From: Eledone cirrhosa
Taxonomy: Eukaryota
Length of the DNA: 64,000 nt
Assembly: GCA_964016885.1 (NCBI GenBank)
Contig: OZ024740.1
Coordinates: 363,320,001-363,384,000, forward strand
Reading direction: 5' to 3'
Shown here piece after piece: positions 12,220 through 24,845 of this stretch. Numbering within the stretch: the stretch's first letter is position 1; the number at the start of each line of letters is the position of its first letter. Position numbers and translations under genes: made by a program. A model generated the notes under the pieces. That model did not search any database. It saw nothing but the letters and a program-made list of their open reading frames with translations, and was not told the origin of the DNA.

Positions 12220-14780
12220 TATATATATAATTATGTAGACTATTTGCCACAACGAAAAGAAAAATCCTTCATTATACAAACTGAAAGGCTTATAAACACG
12301 TTATAATAACATGGCTTGTCCCACATGCCTTTCTAACGTACTTGTAAACCAAAATTTACTCGTGTACTCATCAGAGGCTGACTACAATCTGGCAGTCAAA
12401 TTGAATATAGTTTTTACTATATACAATATAGCGGATGATGGAAGAGTTATCAGAACTGGAGGACTTGAAATCTCTTTTATTGAATCATATACCTCATACG
12501 TTTTCAATAATTGACAATTTAGCAGTCAAAAGCATTAACCATTTCATTGTCGTATTCCTAATTATTATAGAATTGTATTTGGAATTAATTAATAGAAAAT
12601 TTACAAAAATTTACAAAAATTATGAAATATTTCATGATTAAGATATTTGCAATCTAGCTTAACAAATGGTTCTTAAATACAACTATGTCGGGATGTTTTA
12701 ATTTAAATAAGAACCTTTTAAAACAACAGATATGCACCAAGACCACACAATGGGGTGGTCGTACTGCTGCTTCAAACAAAGCATATACTTCACCCTGTCA
12801 GGTAGCTGTACGGATGCTACAAAAAAGCACCTAGTCCACCCGTTAAGGTTGTCGCACTGATGTTATAACAAAAGGCATTCGGTCCACCCAGTAAGATAAT
12901 GTTGGTGCCACAATAGAAGCTCCTAGTACACGCTGTGATGTGGTTGGCTTTATGAGTCTTGCAGCTTTAAAACAAAAACCAGGGCAAAAACGAATTGATA
13001 AGTAAGATTTGGTTACCTGACCTGTCTAACCTCAGAACATGACAACCCCTCTAACTCATGCAAAAATGGAAAATAGATGTTAAATATTCTCTAAGAAGCC
13101 ACTATTTCTTATGGCAGTGTTATAGTATAGAACCAAGGAGTTATACCCCTATGTGGGTTTTTTAATTCTTTCCTTCCCTATATATTTATCCGCCCCCTCT
13201 TTTTTGGATGCTCTCCTATCACTCTCATTTATATAAGTTACTTCGGGATCTTTTCCGACACCACAAGTTGAAAAGTTGGTCCAGCCAACGAAACGTGCGT
13301 TCCTGTTATCCTGTACATGTCTTAATGATAATATATTAAAACTCACCCTGTGGGTTTTAGCCGCTCTACGCCTTGCATATTTCTACCAAGTTATTACTAC
13401 TATACACACACACACATATATATATATTTTTTTTATTCCGTTTCTTCGTCATCCCACTCTCCTCTATCTTTCTATTTTACCTTTTGTTTTTCATTCGATC
13501 TTCTAATGAAGTGTTAGCATCCGAAAGGTTAAAACACTTTTATGATGTCACAGGTTTTGACGTGGTTAGGTGTAGACTGTGTAGAGACAAGCTTAGAGAT
13601 GTTTTTAGTGTGGTCAGAGCAAGAAGAACCAAACTCTTGGTTTTCGTCAGCTTACCAAATTACAAACTTTTTTTTTCTTCTTTGTGGGGCAGGGAGTAGA
13701 GTACATAACTGGAAGAAGGGAGCACTGATTGTATAGCCTATCTGTAGCATCCACTGATGTTCAGAATCGTTAGTATATTATACAAAGCGCCTCGTGTTAC
13801 AGTTACGTTTTTTTTTTTTTTTTTTTTTTTTTTTTGTATTTTGTTATTTTGTCTATCCACCTGGAATTGATAAAATAATGATCAGTGAAGTACTGGAATT
13901 GATATAATCAATGTTCAGCATTGTACATATGTTTAAAATCGATATCAAAATGATACAAGAGACTGTCCTTCTTATTTATAAAAGTGTATCCATTACATTT
14001 TTTAGCTAAATCTTAAGGAAGCGACAGTGTTTATGGTTTTCTGCAGGCCTTCTGAGACCAGTGAAGTTGATGTTCTTAATGTTTTACTAAAATTGTTTAA
14101 ATTGTACGAGACATTTTTTAGTATTCCATGCATATTTGATCTACCCATTTGAAATGCTAATGAAATTTATATTTGGATATATTGTAGGGTAAGACGAAGA
14201 GCTCTGGTAAATACAAGATGTATGGGTTTTCCCTGTATATACTCGCAAGCTGGATCAAGAATCGCCGAATATGCAATACACAAAGTGTTAATGGAGAAAA
14301 TGCAACGATGTCTGGCGAATCCAAACTGTATTCCCGATTTCTCAACATCTAAGAAATAGTGATTATGAACTCATTCGACAGTCCAAAACACTATCGATTG
14401 ATTGCTTTTGACTTTACTGTGTGTTGGTGGAGCTACAGATATTTTGTGGCTTAAAGAAAATAAAAATCAGTTATCAAATAAAAGAATTTTAAAACATAAG
14501 CCGAAGAAATGCATACCACGTGTTTGTGTTTATCTAGCTTATTTGGAAACACGAAAACCACTCAAAATGTTCTTTTGTTCTTTGCAATATATATACATAT
14601 ATATATGTGTGTGTGTTGTGTGTGTGTGCGTGTGTGTGTGTGTGGATCTCTTTCTCTCTCTCTCTAATATATGTATGAGACTCTCTTCTTGCCATTTGAA
14701 GCGTTAAACTAATATATTTCTTCCATGTAGTATCGTTTGTTTTGTTTTGTTTTTTCATTATTTCTGTATACCTTTTACAC

Positions 14781-14857
<77 letters not shown>

Positions 14858-15728
14858 CATATATACACAGGTTGACCACAAAAACACTCCGTAGCTGTTG
14901 TGTTTTTGTGGTCACCCTGTAGATTTAGGAAAAAGAAGTTGAAAATACAATTGGAGTCTTTAAGAAAGTTTATTTCCAATAACTTATAATTTTACCAGTT
15001 TCATGATTTTCAAAAGTTAAGAGAGTTGGAGAGATGTGGTTATGCCGATTTGTAACTCGCATCTAACTGATGTTGGGAATTTCTTTCAGTTTTATGCGAA
15101 ACATGTGGCTCAGATTGCAATATGTTTGAAGTACAAATTGATAGGTTGAGGAAGATCACGTGATCAGATATCAAAATGTTGGGGTAATTTCGCGCCATAA
15201 ATATGGTCTCATGGTTCTTTCAAGTTTTTGAAGAACAGTGACTCAAGTTTAAAGTATAATTTGATATGCTGAGAGTCATCACGTGATTAAGCACCAACTT
15301 TGGTGGTACTTTCGCGCCCCAAAAGCGGGAGTGCCGTGGGTTGGTGAATATGGACAGTAGAAATTCATGCCTGTTGTATTCAATAGTCTATGGCAGTTGA
15401 TATTCTTCTTATATATATTTCGATAATCGGTGCTGGGTGAGCCAAGCAATCGACCAATAACGGTGTAATCAGACGAAAACACTCCACGTCATGGGTACAA
15501 AAAAGGCATTACTTATCAATATTAAGAAAAGGAAGAGAGACAGTATCTCATATTCAATATCAGTTTATTTCATTACATCATACATTTCATAGACATCAAA
15601 AATTCGTCATAAATTTTTAAAAAGGTTATTTTTATTTGCTCTTTAAATACCTCTCTGATGACATCGCATTGGGTAACGGTTGCGTGTAATAACTGCATAT
15701 AGAAATGTATCGATACAGAGATATGCAC

Positions 15729-15779
<51 letters not shown>

Positions 15780-16229
15780 TAAACTCTGCCAGTTGCAGAC
15801 TGTGCATTAATATGTGCTCCACAAAGTTCGATCGCCAGCAGCAGAGTTCAAAGAGCAAAGATCAAGACCAGTTCATAAGTTGACATTGTCAAGCCATCGT
15901 TTTGGCTGCCGGCCTTTGCTTCTCTTACAGGCCAACCTTCCTTCCGGGCATAACCTACTCACACCACGAGTTTATCTTTTTATATGACCGTATAGTTAGA
16001 GTATTCTGGACTTGACAATTGATGTAATTGGTCTAAGTTTGGTAATGTTGAGCAGCTCACTGATACAGATGCAGTATCTGGGCCACACGTGCACACATAT
16101 AATTCCAAACATACTGGTCCATACATGCAATAACATCCATACCTGCACACACCTTACACAAACATTTACTTTATTTATGTCTAACTTCCAACGTGATTCT
16201 TTGCCGATAAGCACGCAGTTTTTCATCTA

Positions 16230-19200
16230 GAGATTTGTTGCCTTATTGCTATGCAATTTCCTTAGGTGTGAGTTTTTGGTTATCATACAGGAATTATTTC
16301 TTAAGGAGCTGCTTCCCAACTCTCACGATGTTATCTTCCTCGAGTAGACAAACGTGTTCTATGGCTGGGCTTCTACGCTTGGTGGTTCGTAGATATCGGA
16401 AGGGTATGATGCAACACTCAAAGGTTGTATGGGTTGATGTTAAGCCTCTGCCTTCCTGTTTACATTTCAGGGAGAAGCATCTATGTCACTATTGTTGTGG
16501 AAATTTCCGGTACTGGTTAGAATTTTTCGGGTTTTAACATCAACGACTCGGATATTATCTAGCGTCCAATCAAGTATTCCAAATGTTAACACAGCAAACG
16601 CATTGTGGGCCAGCGGTTTATTGTGTGCAGAGAGTGCCGAAGACCATTTCTTTTCTTATTCGAGTGTTATATTCTCTAGTTACTCGTTCCTTGTTACAGA
16701 TTCCATCATGGGATATTTTCATCTATCCCTAAGTATCTGTAGCAGCCCTCATCAGATCGCAGGGAAATAGTCAAGCCATTTATAGTGATGTTGTTAGATT
16801 GGCTAGTAGCTTTTCCTCACTTTACAATCATATAGGAATATTTAATCTGGCCAAACTCCCTCTCTATATCTTTCGAGAACGCCGTAACCAGGTTAAGGGT
16901 TGTCTTCATACCATTTATATTCCTGGCATAAAATTTTAGGTCATCTACAAAGAAGGTATATCTTAGGTTTGTGTTTCTGACCTCCTGGGAACCAATTAGG
17001 TATCATTGATATTTCTTCATCATAACGGATAAGGGGTTTACTGATAGTGTAAAAGAACCACACATGGGCTATCTCCTTGAAATACACCCCTGTAGTACTT
17101 TATTTTATCTGTGACAATATAGTCCTCCTGCTCAGTATTTAACTCCAGCAACAAGATAGATTTTCTATGGCTCTGATTATGGTATCTCGGACTTTAGCGA
17201 GTGGAAAGGCCTTTAGCATCCAAGAGTGAATAAAGAATTGAATGCTTCCCTGTAATGCAGCTAGACTGTAACCAAGTTCCTCCTGTGAAGCCGCACCTCT
17301 GATATCGCGGTTTTATTAATTCAGGAAACCCAGAAATCTATTCTTCCCAGTTGCTTGCTCGGCTGTGATGATTTTGTTATTGTCTCAGTGATCTGGGGGG
17401 ATTAGGTTTAGATAGGCTGTGTACATTTTATACATTAGCTTCTGGCATGCAATAGATCAGTAGTTTTTTACCAAGTGTTTTCGGAGATCAATCTTTTCTT
17501 TACTAATATCATTAGGCTTGATATATGTGTATCTCCTTTGTATCAGTAGTCAACAATCAAGTCTATTCTTGGTGCTTTCTCATCCTGAAGTTTTTCTATC
17601 ACTGTCTCAAAGATATCATCATTGATGTTGTAAGTTTTTCATGTAATGCAGAGGCAATAGTTTGTACGAATCTCTTTTAATCATACTGCATCTTGGTTGG
17701 AAAGTTCTTTTCCTCACCCTATATTTTTCTCCAGAAGAAATCTGTCTTACTAGAATGACATTTATTGATTTGCGCCGCCATATCTCTATAGATTGATGTT
17801 TGCTTTCGGCTGAATCTTTCAATAATTACACGGGGCAACAGAAAAACATTTTTGTCTGGTGCCTGGAATATTTTAACGAATTCTTAAGTGATTTTGCCTG
17901 TTAAATTCACAAGTAACTTCAGTTTTTCTCTATCAGGTCTAGTTCTTTGGCTAGACCTGATAGAGTAAGTATTTTATTCATACAAGAGGCATATAATATG
18001 AATCAATAAAGAGAGCATAACACAAAACAAAACAAAGTACAAATAAAAATTGAAAATTGAAAATGCACATTGGCAAAGATTTTTGGCAGGAAATTCAAGG
18101 AATAAATTTACGCTTCTTTGTACACCGTGAATGTTGAGCAACATGAGTATCTCGTTTTAAACACCAGCAATAGACTGCCATCATCACAGCATCCCAACGT
18201 CCTTGGTATCGAATTTCAATCTCCTTGATGTCCTGATGGAATTGTTCGCCTTGTTCATCGCTAACATCTCCGAGATTTTCAGGAACAATCATGACTAAAA
18301 CGATAAGGAATTTTGATGCTCATATTCGCGCCAATATCACGAAAAGTTGATATCAAGTTGGTTACAAGGTCTTTATAGTTTTCACTTCTGTGTTTCCCAA
18401 GGAAATTTTGCACTACTTCTGCAAAGGCTAGCCAAGCTGATGCTTCATTTTCGCTCATCGTTTTCCCGAAATTTGTGTCCTTCAAGAGATTACGGATCTG
18501 TGGTCCATCAAAAATCCCTGCTTTAAGTTTTTTCAATCGTCAACTCTGGAAATACACTGCAGATATACTTGAAGCACTCCCCATTTTTGTCAAGAACTTT
18601 GACGAATTGCTTGATCAATCCGAGTTTGATGTGCAAGGGGGGGGGGGGTGATCTTATCTCGCTCAACTAACGGTTCTTCCAATATATTGGCAGCTCTACA
18701 TGGAGCCATATTTGTTCGAGGCGGCCAATCTTTCTTAACATAGTGGTTTACTCGGTCCCTACTGTCCCGCATGCAAAGAAAGCATGGGTATATGGTATAA
18801 CCAGATTGCCCATGAGAAAATTTACCATCTTTAAGTCAACACAGATGACCCATTTATGATCATGATACAGTATCTTCTCTAAAACCAACTTAATTTCTTC
18901 ATATTTTTCCTACAGAGTTGTTGAGTGGCCGAGTTGGACAGAGCCATACACATTTCCGTTGTGCAACAATACGCATTTTAAAGTACGCTTAGAGCTGTCT
19001 ATGAAAAGACGCCATTCCTCTGGTTTCTATTCCTCAATACCAAGTTTATTAAGAAGCCCACTGACACATCTGCAGTAAACCAGCTCTTCCTCTTTTGTGA
19101 AGAAAGGAACTTTTCATGCTGACTCCGATAAAAGGTTATACGGACACCATTCTCTAGAAGATTCTTCTCTTTCAGTCGGGAAGCCAACAGTTCTGCAGAA

Positions 19201-20340
19201 TTTTGGGGAAGGTTCAATTCACGAACTAGATCATTTAGCTCTACCTGGGAGAATAGCTGATGTAAATTCTCAACTGAAAAGTCTTGATCTCTAGTGTTAT
19301 CTTCAGGTGATGAATCTTCTTTGGTTGAGGGTAAAGTTATCTGAGGCAAGACATTGAAGACAGGAACAGGAAGCTATTCACTGTGTGGAACCAGTCTAAT
19401 AGTAGAGGCAAGATTAGGATAGACAAGGGTTTGTCGATTTTTCCGGTTAATACCCTTCAAATTTAGGTTACAAAAATAGCAGTCGTCCACGTGATTATAG
19501 GGCTCCCGCCTTACCATTGGTATAGCAAACCTCATACATTTCCTTGTCCCTTTAGTTCATTGTCGCAAATGTTCTGTACATTGTTTGCAGGCACTATGCT
19601 GTGCCCAATATTTATCTTGGTCTCCCAGCTTCACTGCAAAATATGCCACATACGCCCTTTCAACAAAACACATTTGGAGAATTAACGCAACACTTTCTTG
19701 AAGAGATCTTTTGCTCATTTTCTATTGCTTAGTTCACTTCAACATCTAAAAATTATGGAAAAAGAAAAAAAAACTTATAATTAGAATAAGGTAACGAACA
19801 CTGCGTACTGGAGTACACACATACATAGTGACTATAGGGATGTTCAATAACTTAAAAACTAGATCTGATAGGTCAAAAAGAAGGTTATATTTGGATTCAG
19901 GAGACAGATTTTGTATAGAAAGGATGTCTATTTCCGAAACACCAAAAACCTTGTAGACCAGTGTTATTTTCCTTTCAGCCACCTTCTAATATAGGAGTTT
20001 CTCGCTGACAGCTCTCAATTCTTGTTTGAGGGTGATCAACTTGTATTGAAACGTTCTGCTTGAACTGTCTCCAAACATAATTTATATTTTATTTTTTACT
20101 CTTTGTTGGTGAGGAGTGTAGTATTTTTTCTGTTTTGTATAAATGTAATAATCATTGTTGTATGGTCAATAGTTTTTCGTAAGTCAGCAATCTATTTTTC
20201 TCTTTTTGAAGTATACAATGGCATTTTAGCTGGGGTTTTTTTCCTAAGGTCTTTAGGAAACCAAGATACTAATGCATCTAGTATGCCCCAATATGTCCTA
20301 GCAACCTTTACAGTTGTTGCAAGGCTGTGTAGACATGCCT
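16230..20340 (-). mobile_element. R4/Dong-like non-LTR retrotransposon remnant, interrupted by a Chapaev3-like element
   Basis: Minus-strand RT motifs YYRGVFQGDSP..SVNPLS (~17030-17100) and TFFVDDLKFYARN (~16920-16960), with many stops. The outer boundaries are approximate. Confidence 0.6.
17829..19963 (-). mobile_element. Chapaev3-like (CMC) DNA transposon with TTA target-site duplication
   Basis: TTA|CACGGGGC...ACCAGTG|TTA. Motifs AYFAVKLGDQDKYWA..ACKQC, LNDLVRELNL..SAELLASRLKEKN, KLKAGIFDGPQIR, PENLGDVSDEQGEQFHQDIKEIEIRYQGRWD; frameshifted. Confidence 0.85.
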
Positions 20341-20395
20341 GAGTGATTAAGGCGTACGCTTAAAAAACGTGTGGTTCTGGGTTCAATCTTGCAAG
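20330..20395 (+). mobile_element. tRNA-derived SINE head remnant
   Basis: A-box-like tgcctgagtgattaagg and B-box-like gggttcaatctt at tRNA spacing; no intact cloverleaf. Confidence 0.4.
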
Positions 20396-20912
20396 AGAGG
20401 GTGTACCTAAACTAAAGCATGCGAGTGTTACTTAAATGTGTGTATCCGATCAAGGTCTAAGTACATTGGGTTCACTTTGACGTAACTATATGCACGTGTG
20501 CATAGTCCTATAGTAGTAATATATGGAGGTTCATGTGAACTACAGATTACCGACAAGCACATAAACGCCGACTGACACACTACTGCAACACGCCCATGTA
20601 TGTGTATACGATCTCCCTCAAACACGGAGGTAGATTGATAGAGGAAAGAAAATGAAGAAAAGGAAAGAAAGTAGAAAGGGGGGGAAAAAGAAGAAAAGAA
20701 CAGATCATGTCATATATAAAGATGAAGATAAAAAATTTAATAAAAGCTAGAGGAACTATCTAAGGGAAAGGAGGGGCTAGAGCTCCAAGGGATAGATAAA
20801 TCTGTGTACCTATACAGCAACGTATATATGGGCTTGCGAAGTGCTGTAGTATTTCGGTCGTTTACACGTTGATGAGAGGAAGGGTTTCAAACGTTATATA
20901 CTATAGATTATA

Positions 20913-21769
20913 CTAGCAGAATGGCCCGGCGTTACTCGGGATTCTAAACATAGATTGGCATGTTTATCCCTCCTTTCTGGAACAGTACAGAGAAGTACGG
21001 AATACCTCGGCCTGGGGGCGGTGTCTACATTTTGTGCTTATAAAAAAAATTCGTCGTAGATTACCAGGGGTTTAACTTAATTGAGTGCCTGAGAGTAAAA
21101 TGTTCAACCCACGAAAGCCAAGGCGATAGGGTTAAGTAAAAAAGCATTCGACAAACTGAACATGTATTTGTTGTGCTATGGTACAATGAAAGCAATAGTT
21201 ACAGCGCAGTAAGCATGTGGGACTGCAGTGGTGGAGAGCATGAAGGAATTTAGTTGCATACTTTTAAGATTAGAGGCCCTAACGCAACCAAAATGCTAAA
21301 CAATGCGGTCCCCGGGCAAAAATTTGAAATCTTTTTTGTCAAGAAAATTAGTGAAACATAAGTAATGCATATGCAAAGCTTTTTTAAAATCGGTTGGGTA
21401 CTTCTCGAGTTACAGGCCCTAACGCAACCAAAATGCTTCAAAAAATCGGTTTTTCGCCTAATACGGTCCCTAGGGCAAAAAATGAGAACATCTTTTTTGT
21501 TCAAAATACTTTAAGCGACATAAGTAATGCAAATTTTGAAGAAATCACCTGGATTATTGTTCCGTTATGCCTCAAAAAAGCCTTTAGGGCTTAAAATATG
21601 TGGTTTTTCGCCTAATGCGGTCCCTACGGCATTGAAAATTTGAAATATGTTTTGCTCAAAACACTCACATGACCATAAGTATTACATGTGTAAAGTTTGA
21701 AAAAAATCGGTTGCGTGGTTCTCGAGTTTTAGGGAGACAGACAGAAATTCTCTATTTTAGATATATAGA
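20913..21769 (-). mobile_element. Non-autonomous Helitron, copy A
   Basis: Minus strand starts TCtatatatc with (CTGT)n near the 5' end and ends in hairpin cccgag-taacg-ccggg followed by CTAG. Confidence 0.85.
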
Positions 21770-22366
21770 CTAACAGAATGGCCCGCCGTTGCTCGGGATT
21801 CTAAACATAGCATGTTTATCTTTCCTTTCTGAAACAGTACAGAGAAGTACGGAATACCTCGGCCTGGGGATGGTGTCTACATTTTGTGCTTATATATATA
21901 TATATATTAAAATAACAGATTAAAGTTTAAGCAAAGAATCGCTGCTTTCACACTTAGCGGGATCTTCTGAAACTAAAAAAAATCAATCTGTGAACGCAGA
22001 AGTAAATATTTCAAAAAACGTTGCAAACAAAGGAAAACAGGAAGACGATACTTTGGTTCATGAAGACGTTCCTTGGCAATGAACGGAAAAAAGCGAAGAT
22101 AACACGTCATCAATGAGAACAATGTTTGTTATAATGTCGTAATGCAGACAGCCAGACATACAGACATATATTATAAGGGCGCGACGTTATAGCTGCCTAA
22201 TGCAGTCCCTAGGGCATTGAAAAATTGAAATATGTTTTGCTCAAAACCCTCACATGATCATAAATATTACATGTGTAAAGTTTGAAAAAAATCGGTTGGG
22301 TGGTTCTCGAGCTTTAGGGAGTCAGACAGACAGACAGACAGACATTCTCTGTTTTAGATATATAGA
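21770..22366 (-). mobile_element. Non-autonomous Helitron, copy B, head-to-tail with copy A
   Basis: Same 5' end (TC + (CTGT)n) and 3' end (hairpin + TTAG, a mutated CTAG) but a different interior. Confidence 0.8.
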
Positions 22367-22975
22367 TTAGCTAACTAAATCATTTTAAGAAGGTTTGGCA
22401 TTTTTGTGTCTACATGTGTTGAAAAAATCGGAGCGTTTGTTTATTATGTGAGGCCCACTCTCTATAATTTCCACACCCTCCGAGGTACACAAATCACCGC
22501 TACCCATAAAGGATCCTCCCTCATAAGGGTCTGTGGCGTTAAGCGTCGACCACGACAGAGAATGTTATATCCTGTTTAAGCTTCAATATAAACTCGGATA
22601 GCGCCGTGCTCCCCACTTGTATATTCTCTTAAACGAGTGGCGATAATTGTACCATCTGTCTTTATGACTGGTTAAACCTATATGCTTATATTTTTCGTTG
22701 TTAATAATAACCTTACATTCATATACTATGTTTTTACGGAAGCACCTAATTTGCATAGGGCAGTTTGTTGGATTTCTTCAGTTGCCGTCAATATTGGGAG
22801 TATATGTTGTGTCGGAATTCCATCCATTGGAATGGTGAAACTCCGGGTCCGGATGACCAACACTGATTATCATAATAAATACATAGCTCCTATTATTGTC
22901 GAGCGCTTTATGCTGTAATAGCTGTAACGCGATGGAAACCTTCAATGTCTCTACATTAAGACATAGCACTACCAG
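22367..22975 (-). mobile_element. Inverted 3' portion (GIY-YIG end) of a Penelope-like element
   Basis: Reverse complement of ~30700-31200; encodes EKYKHIGLT..DRWYNYRHSFKRI. It continues on the far side of the Helitrons (tagattata|ttagctaact). Confidence 0.75.
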
Positions 22976-22979
22976 GCAA

Positions 22980-24385
22980 AAGGGAGTTCACCAACAACTA
23001 AAAAAAAAACTCAACCATATAGAGAATGCGCTGGAGCGCATACCCCTTCGATAAAGGAGTACCTTAGGACCAAACGAAATATACATAACCTGGAATCGAA
23101 GTTTATATACTGAAACAAAACCCCACACATTAAGGGTCCCGTTGAATTTAAGAATGAGATTATTAATATAATACAAAATCTAGGACACTCAGGATAAGGT
23201 TTATGGATCACAAGGCTAATTTTGAATTGGAATTGCCTGTTAGGCAAATTGTATCATCCAAATCGGACGTAGGGATTATCAGTAAACACATACTCGATAG
23301 GATTATACCAGCACTGAAGAATCAGTCTCAGCTCCAACTGTGGGGTGGAACCAAAGAGGTTAGGATGGTTTACGTATCTACAAAACAAGGACAGCACTAA
23401 CTTTATGAAACTATCGCACCAATCCTGCTCAATAAAGCACTGATATTCTCCCTATAATATACAACAAACTGTACTCAATACGAGATCGGCGTAATTCTCG
23501 CAGCTAGGAAAACAAATATTAAATTCAATGATGAATTATGGGCACGCAAGGATAGACCTAAGTACTTTGACATCACCATGGGCTCTATAGACTCAGCACA
23601 TGTAACAGACCCCGTTGGCTTAATTTGACCGCCAAATTAAGCGCATGATTCCGGAACTGGGTGGAGGCTTGTACCACATAGATGCACTTTTTACTCTAAT
23701 ATAACACGATAACAGTACCCTAGATATGAAAAAGAAAATAATTATCAAATTCTTCAAAAATTTCGGTCTAAAAGTAAAAGTAGGAAGTAATAGAAAATAA
23801 TAAACTTCCTTGATATCACCTTAAATCTGAACTCTGAACTTTTCCATCCATACCATTAATTAAATAAAAATATTAATTACGTTAGCTATAACTCTAACCA
23901 TCCTAGGGCAGTAACTAAGGATATAGTTAACAGTGCATCTAGGGAATTTCTATGCTGTCTAGTGATAATTACTAGTGATATTTTCGAAAGCAAGGCAAAC
24001 TACTATAATGACACACTAGCTAGAGCAGGATATAGGGATAAAAGTAAATATACACCAACATATAGAAAAACCCTTACTTGCCACAAAGAACCAATACATA
24101 TGTATAACTATGGTAACGACAGAGTGAACTACTCTATAGCTAATAAACACTACATACAACAACCACTTGCTCGTGACCCAAACAGAAATACCACAGATGG
24201 CACCAACATAGATACCAACAATTCATATAGTAACAATATCGATTCTCTCGACAAGTAATGAGTGGGTAGGATAGAATATAATCAGAGTAATAGAAGCCAC
24301 CCCTCTAACAATAAGAGAAATAAAAATGAGATAGACGTTCGTTAACTTCGCCACAAGAAAGCAACAAAAAAAAATGGGGACCAAA
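22980..24385 (+). mobile_element. Penelope-like element RT region, decayed
   Basis: FDITMGSIDSAHVTD, GGGLYHIDAL (LYRDD-like), NFLDITLNL and YVSYNSNHP motifs, frameshifted. Confidence 0.8.
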
Positions 24386-24445
24386 CTCTTCTTCTTCTTC
24401 ACCCATTTATTCCTGTGAGGAGTGTGGGGAAGAATCCCCAAACAC

Positions 24446-24845
24446 TCTATAGGAAGGATGGGGAGTTAAATATTACTTATATCTTTTTATAACTACAAGT
24501 TGAAATCTTCCAAGGATCTTGTTATTACAAACGATTATAAGAAAAATACCTTAGTCGATGAGTTTGTTGCTTCTTACTTGCAGTGACATGCTTCTGACTT
24601 CCATGATATAAATAAATGTCTCTTTAACGCTCAATCCTCTATAAATATAGATTTATTGTCGAAAGTTGATTTTCCGTACAGACAATAGAATATCTCAATA
24701 GGAGATAAGCCGTAGAAGAACAATTGACGCAAAATAGAACATGATTTGTCGATAACAAATTCATACGCGACTTACCATTGGTCTGTTTTAACCGAATTGC
24801 ATATGAAAATGTTGCTATTGCGAGGTATTACGTAGTTCCACTACA
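24446..24845 (-). repeat. 3' LTR (400 bp)
   Basis: Begins TGTAGTGG on the minus strand right after the PPT; matches 28918-29196. Confidence 0.9.

Noticed and set aside
12300-14400. Short ORFs as host exons
   Set aside because: No recognisable domain or consistent splice frame; cannot be supported without expression data.
20860-20900. Hammerhead-like ttgatgag...aaacgtta
   Set aside because: Both core boxes deviate and stem I is unclear.
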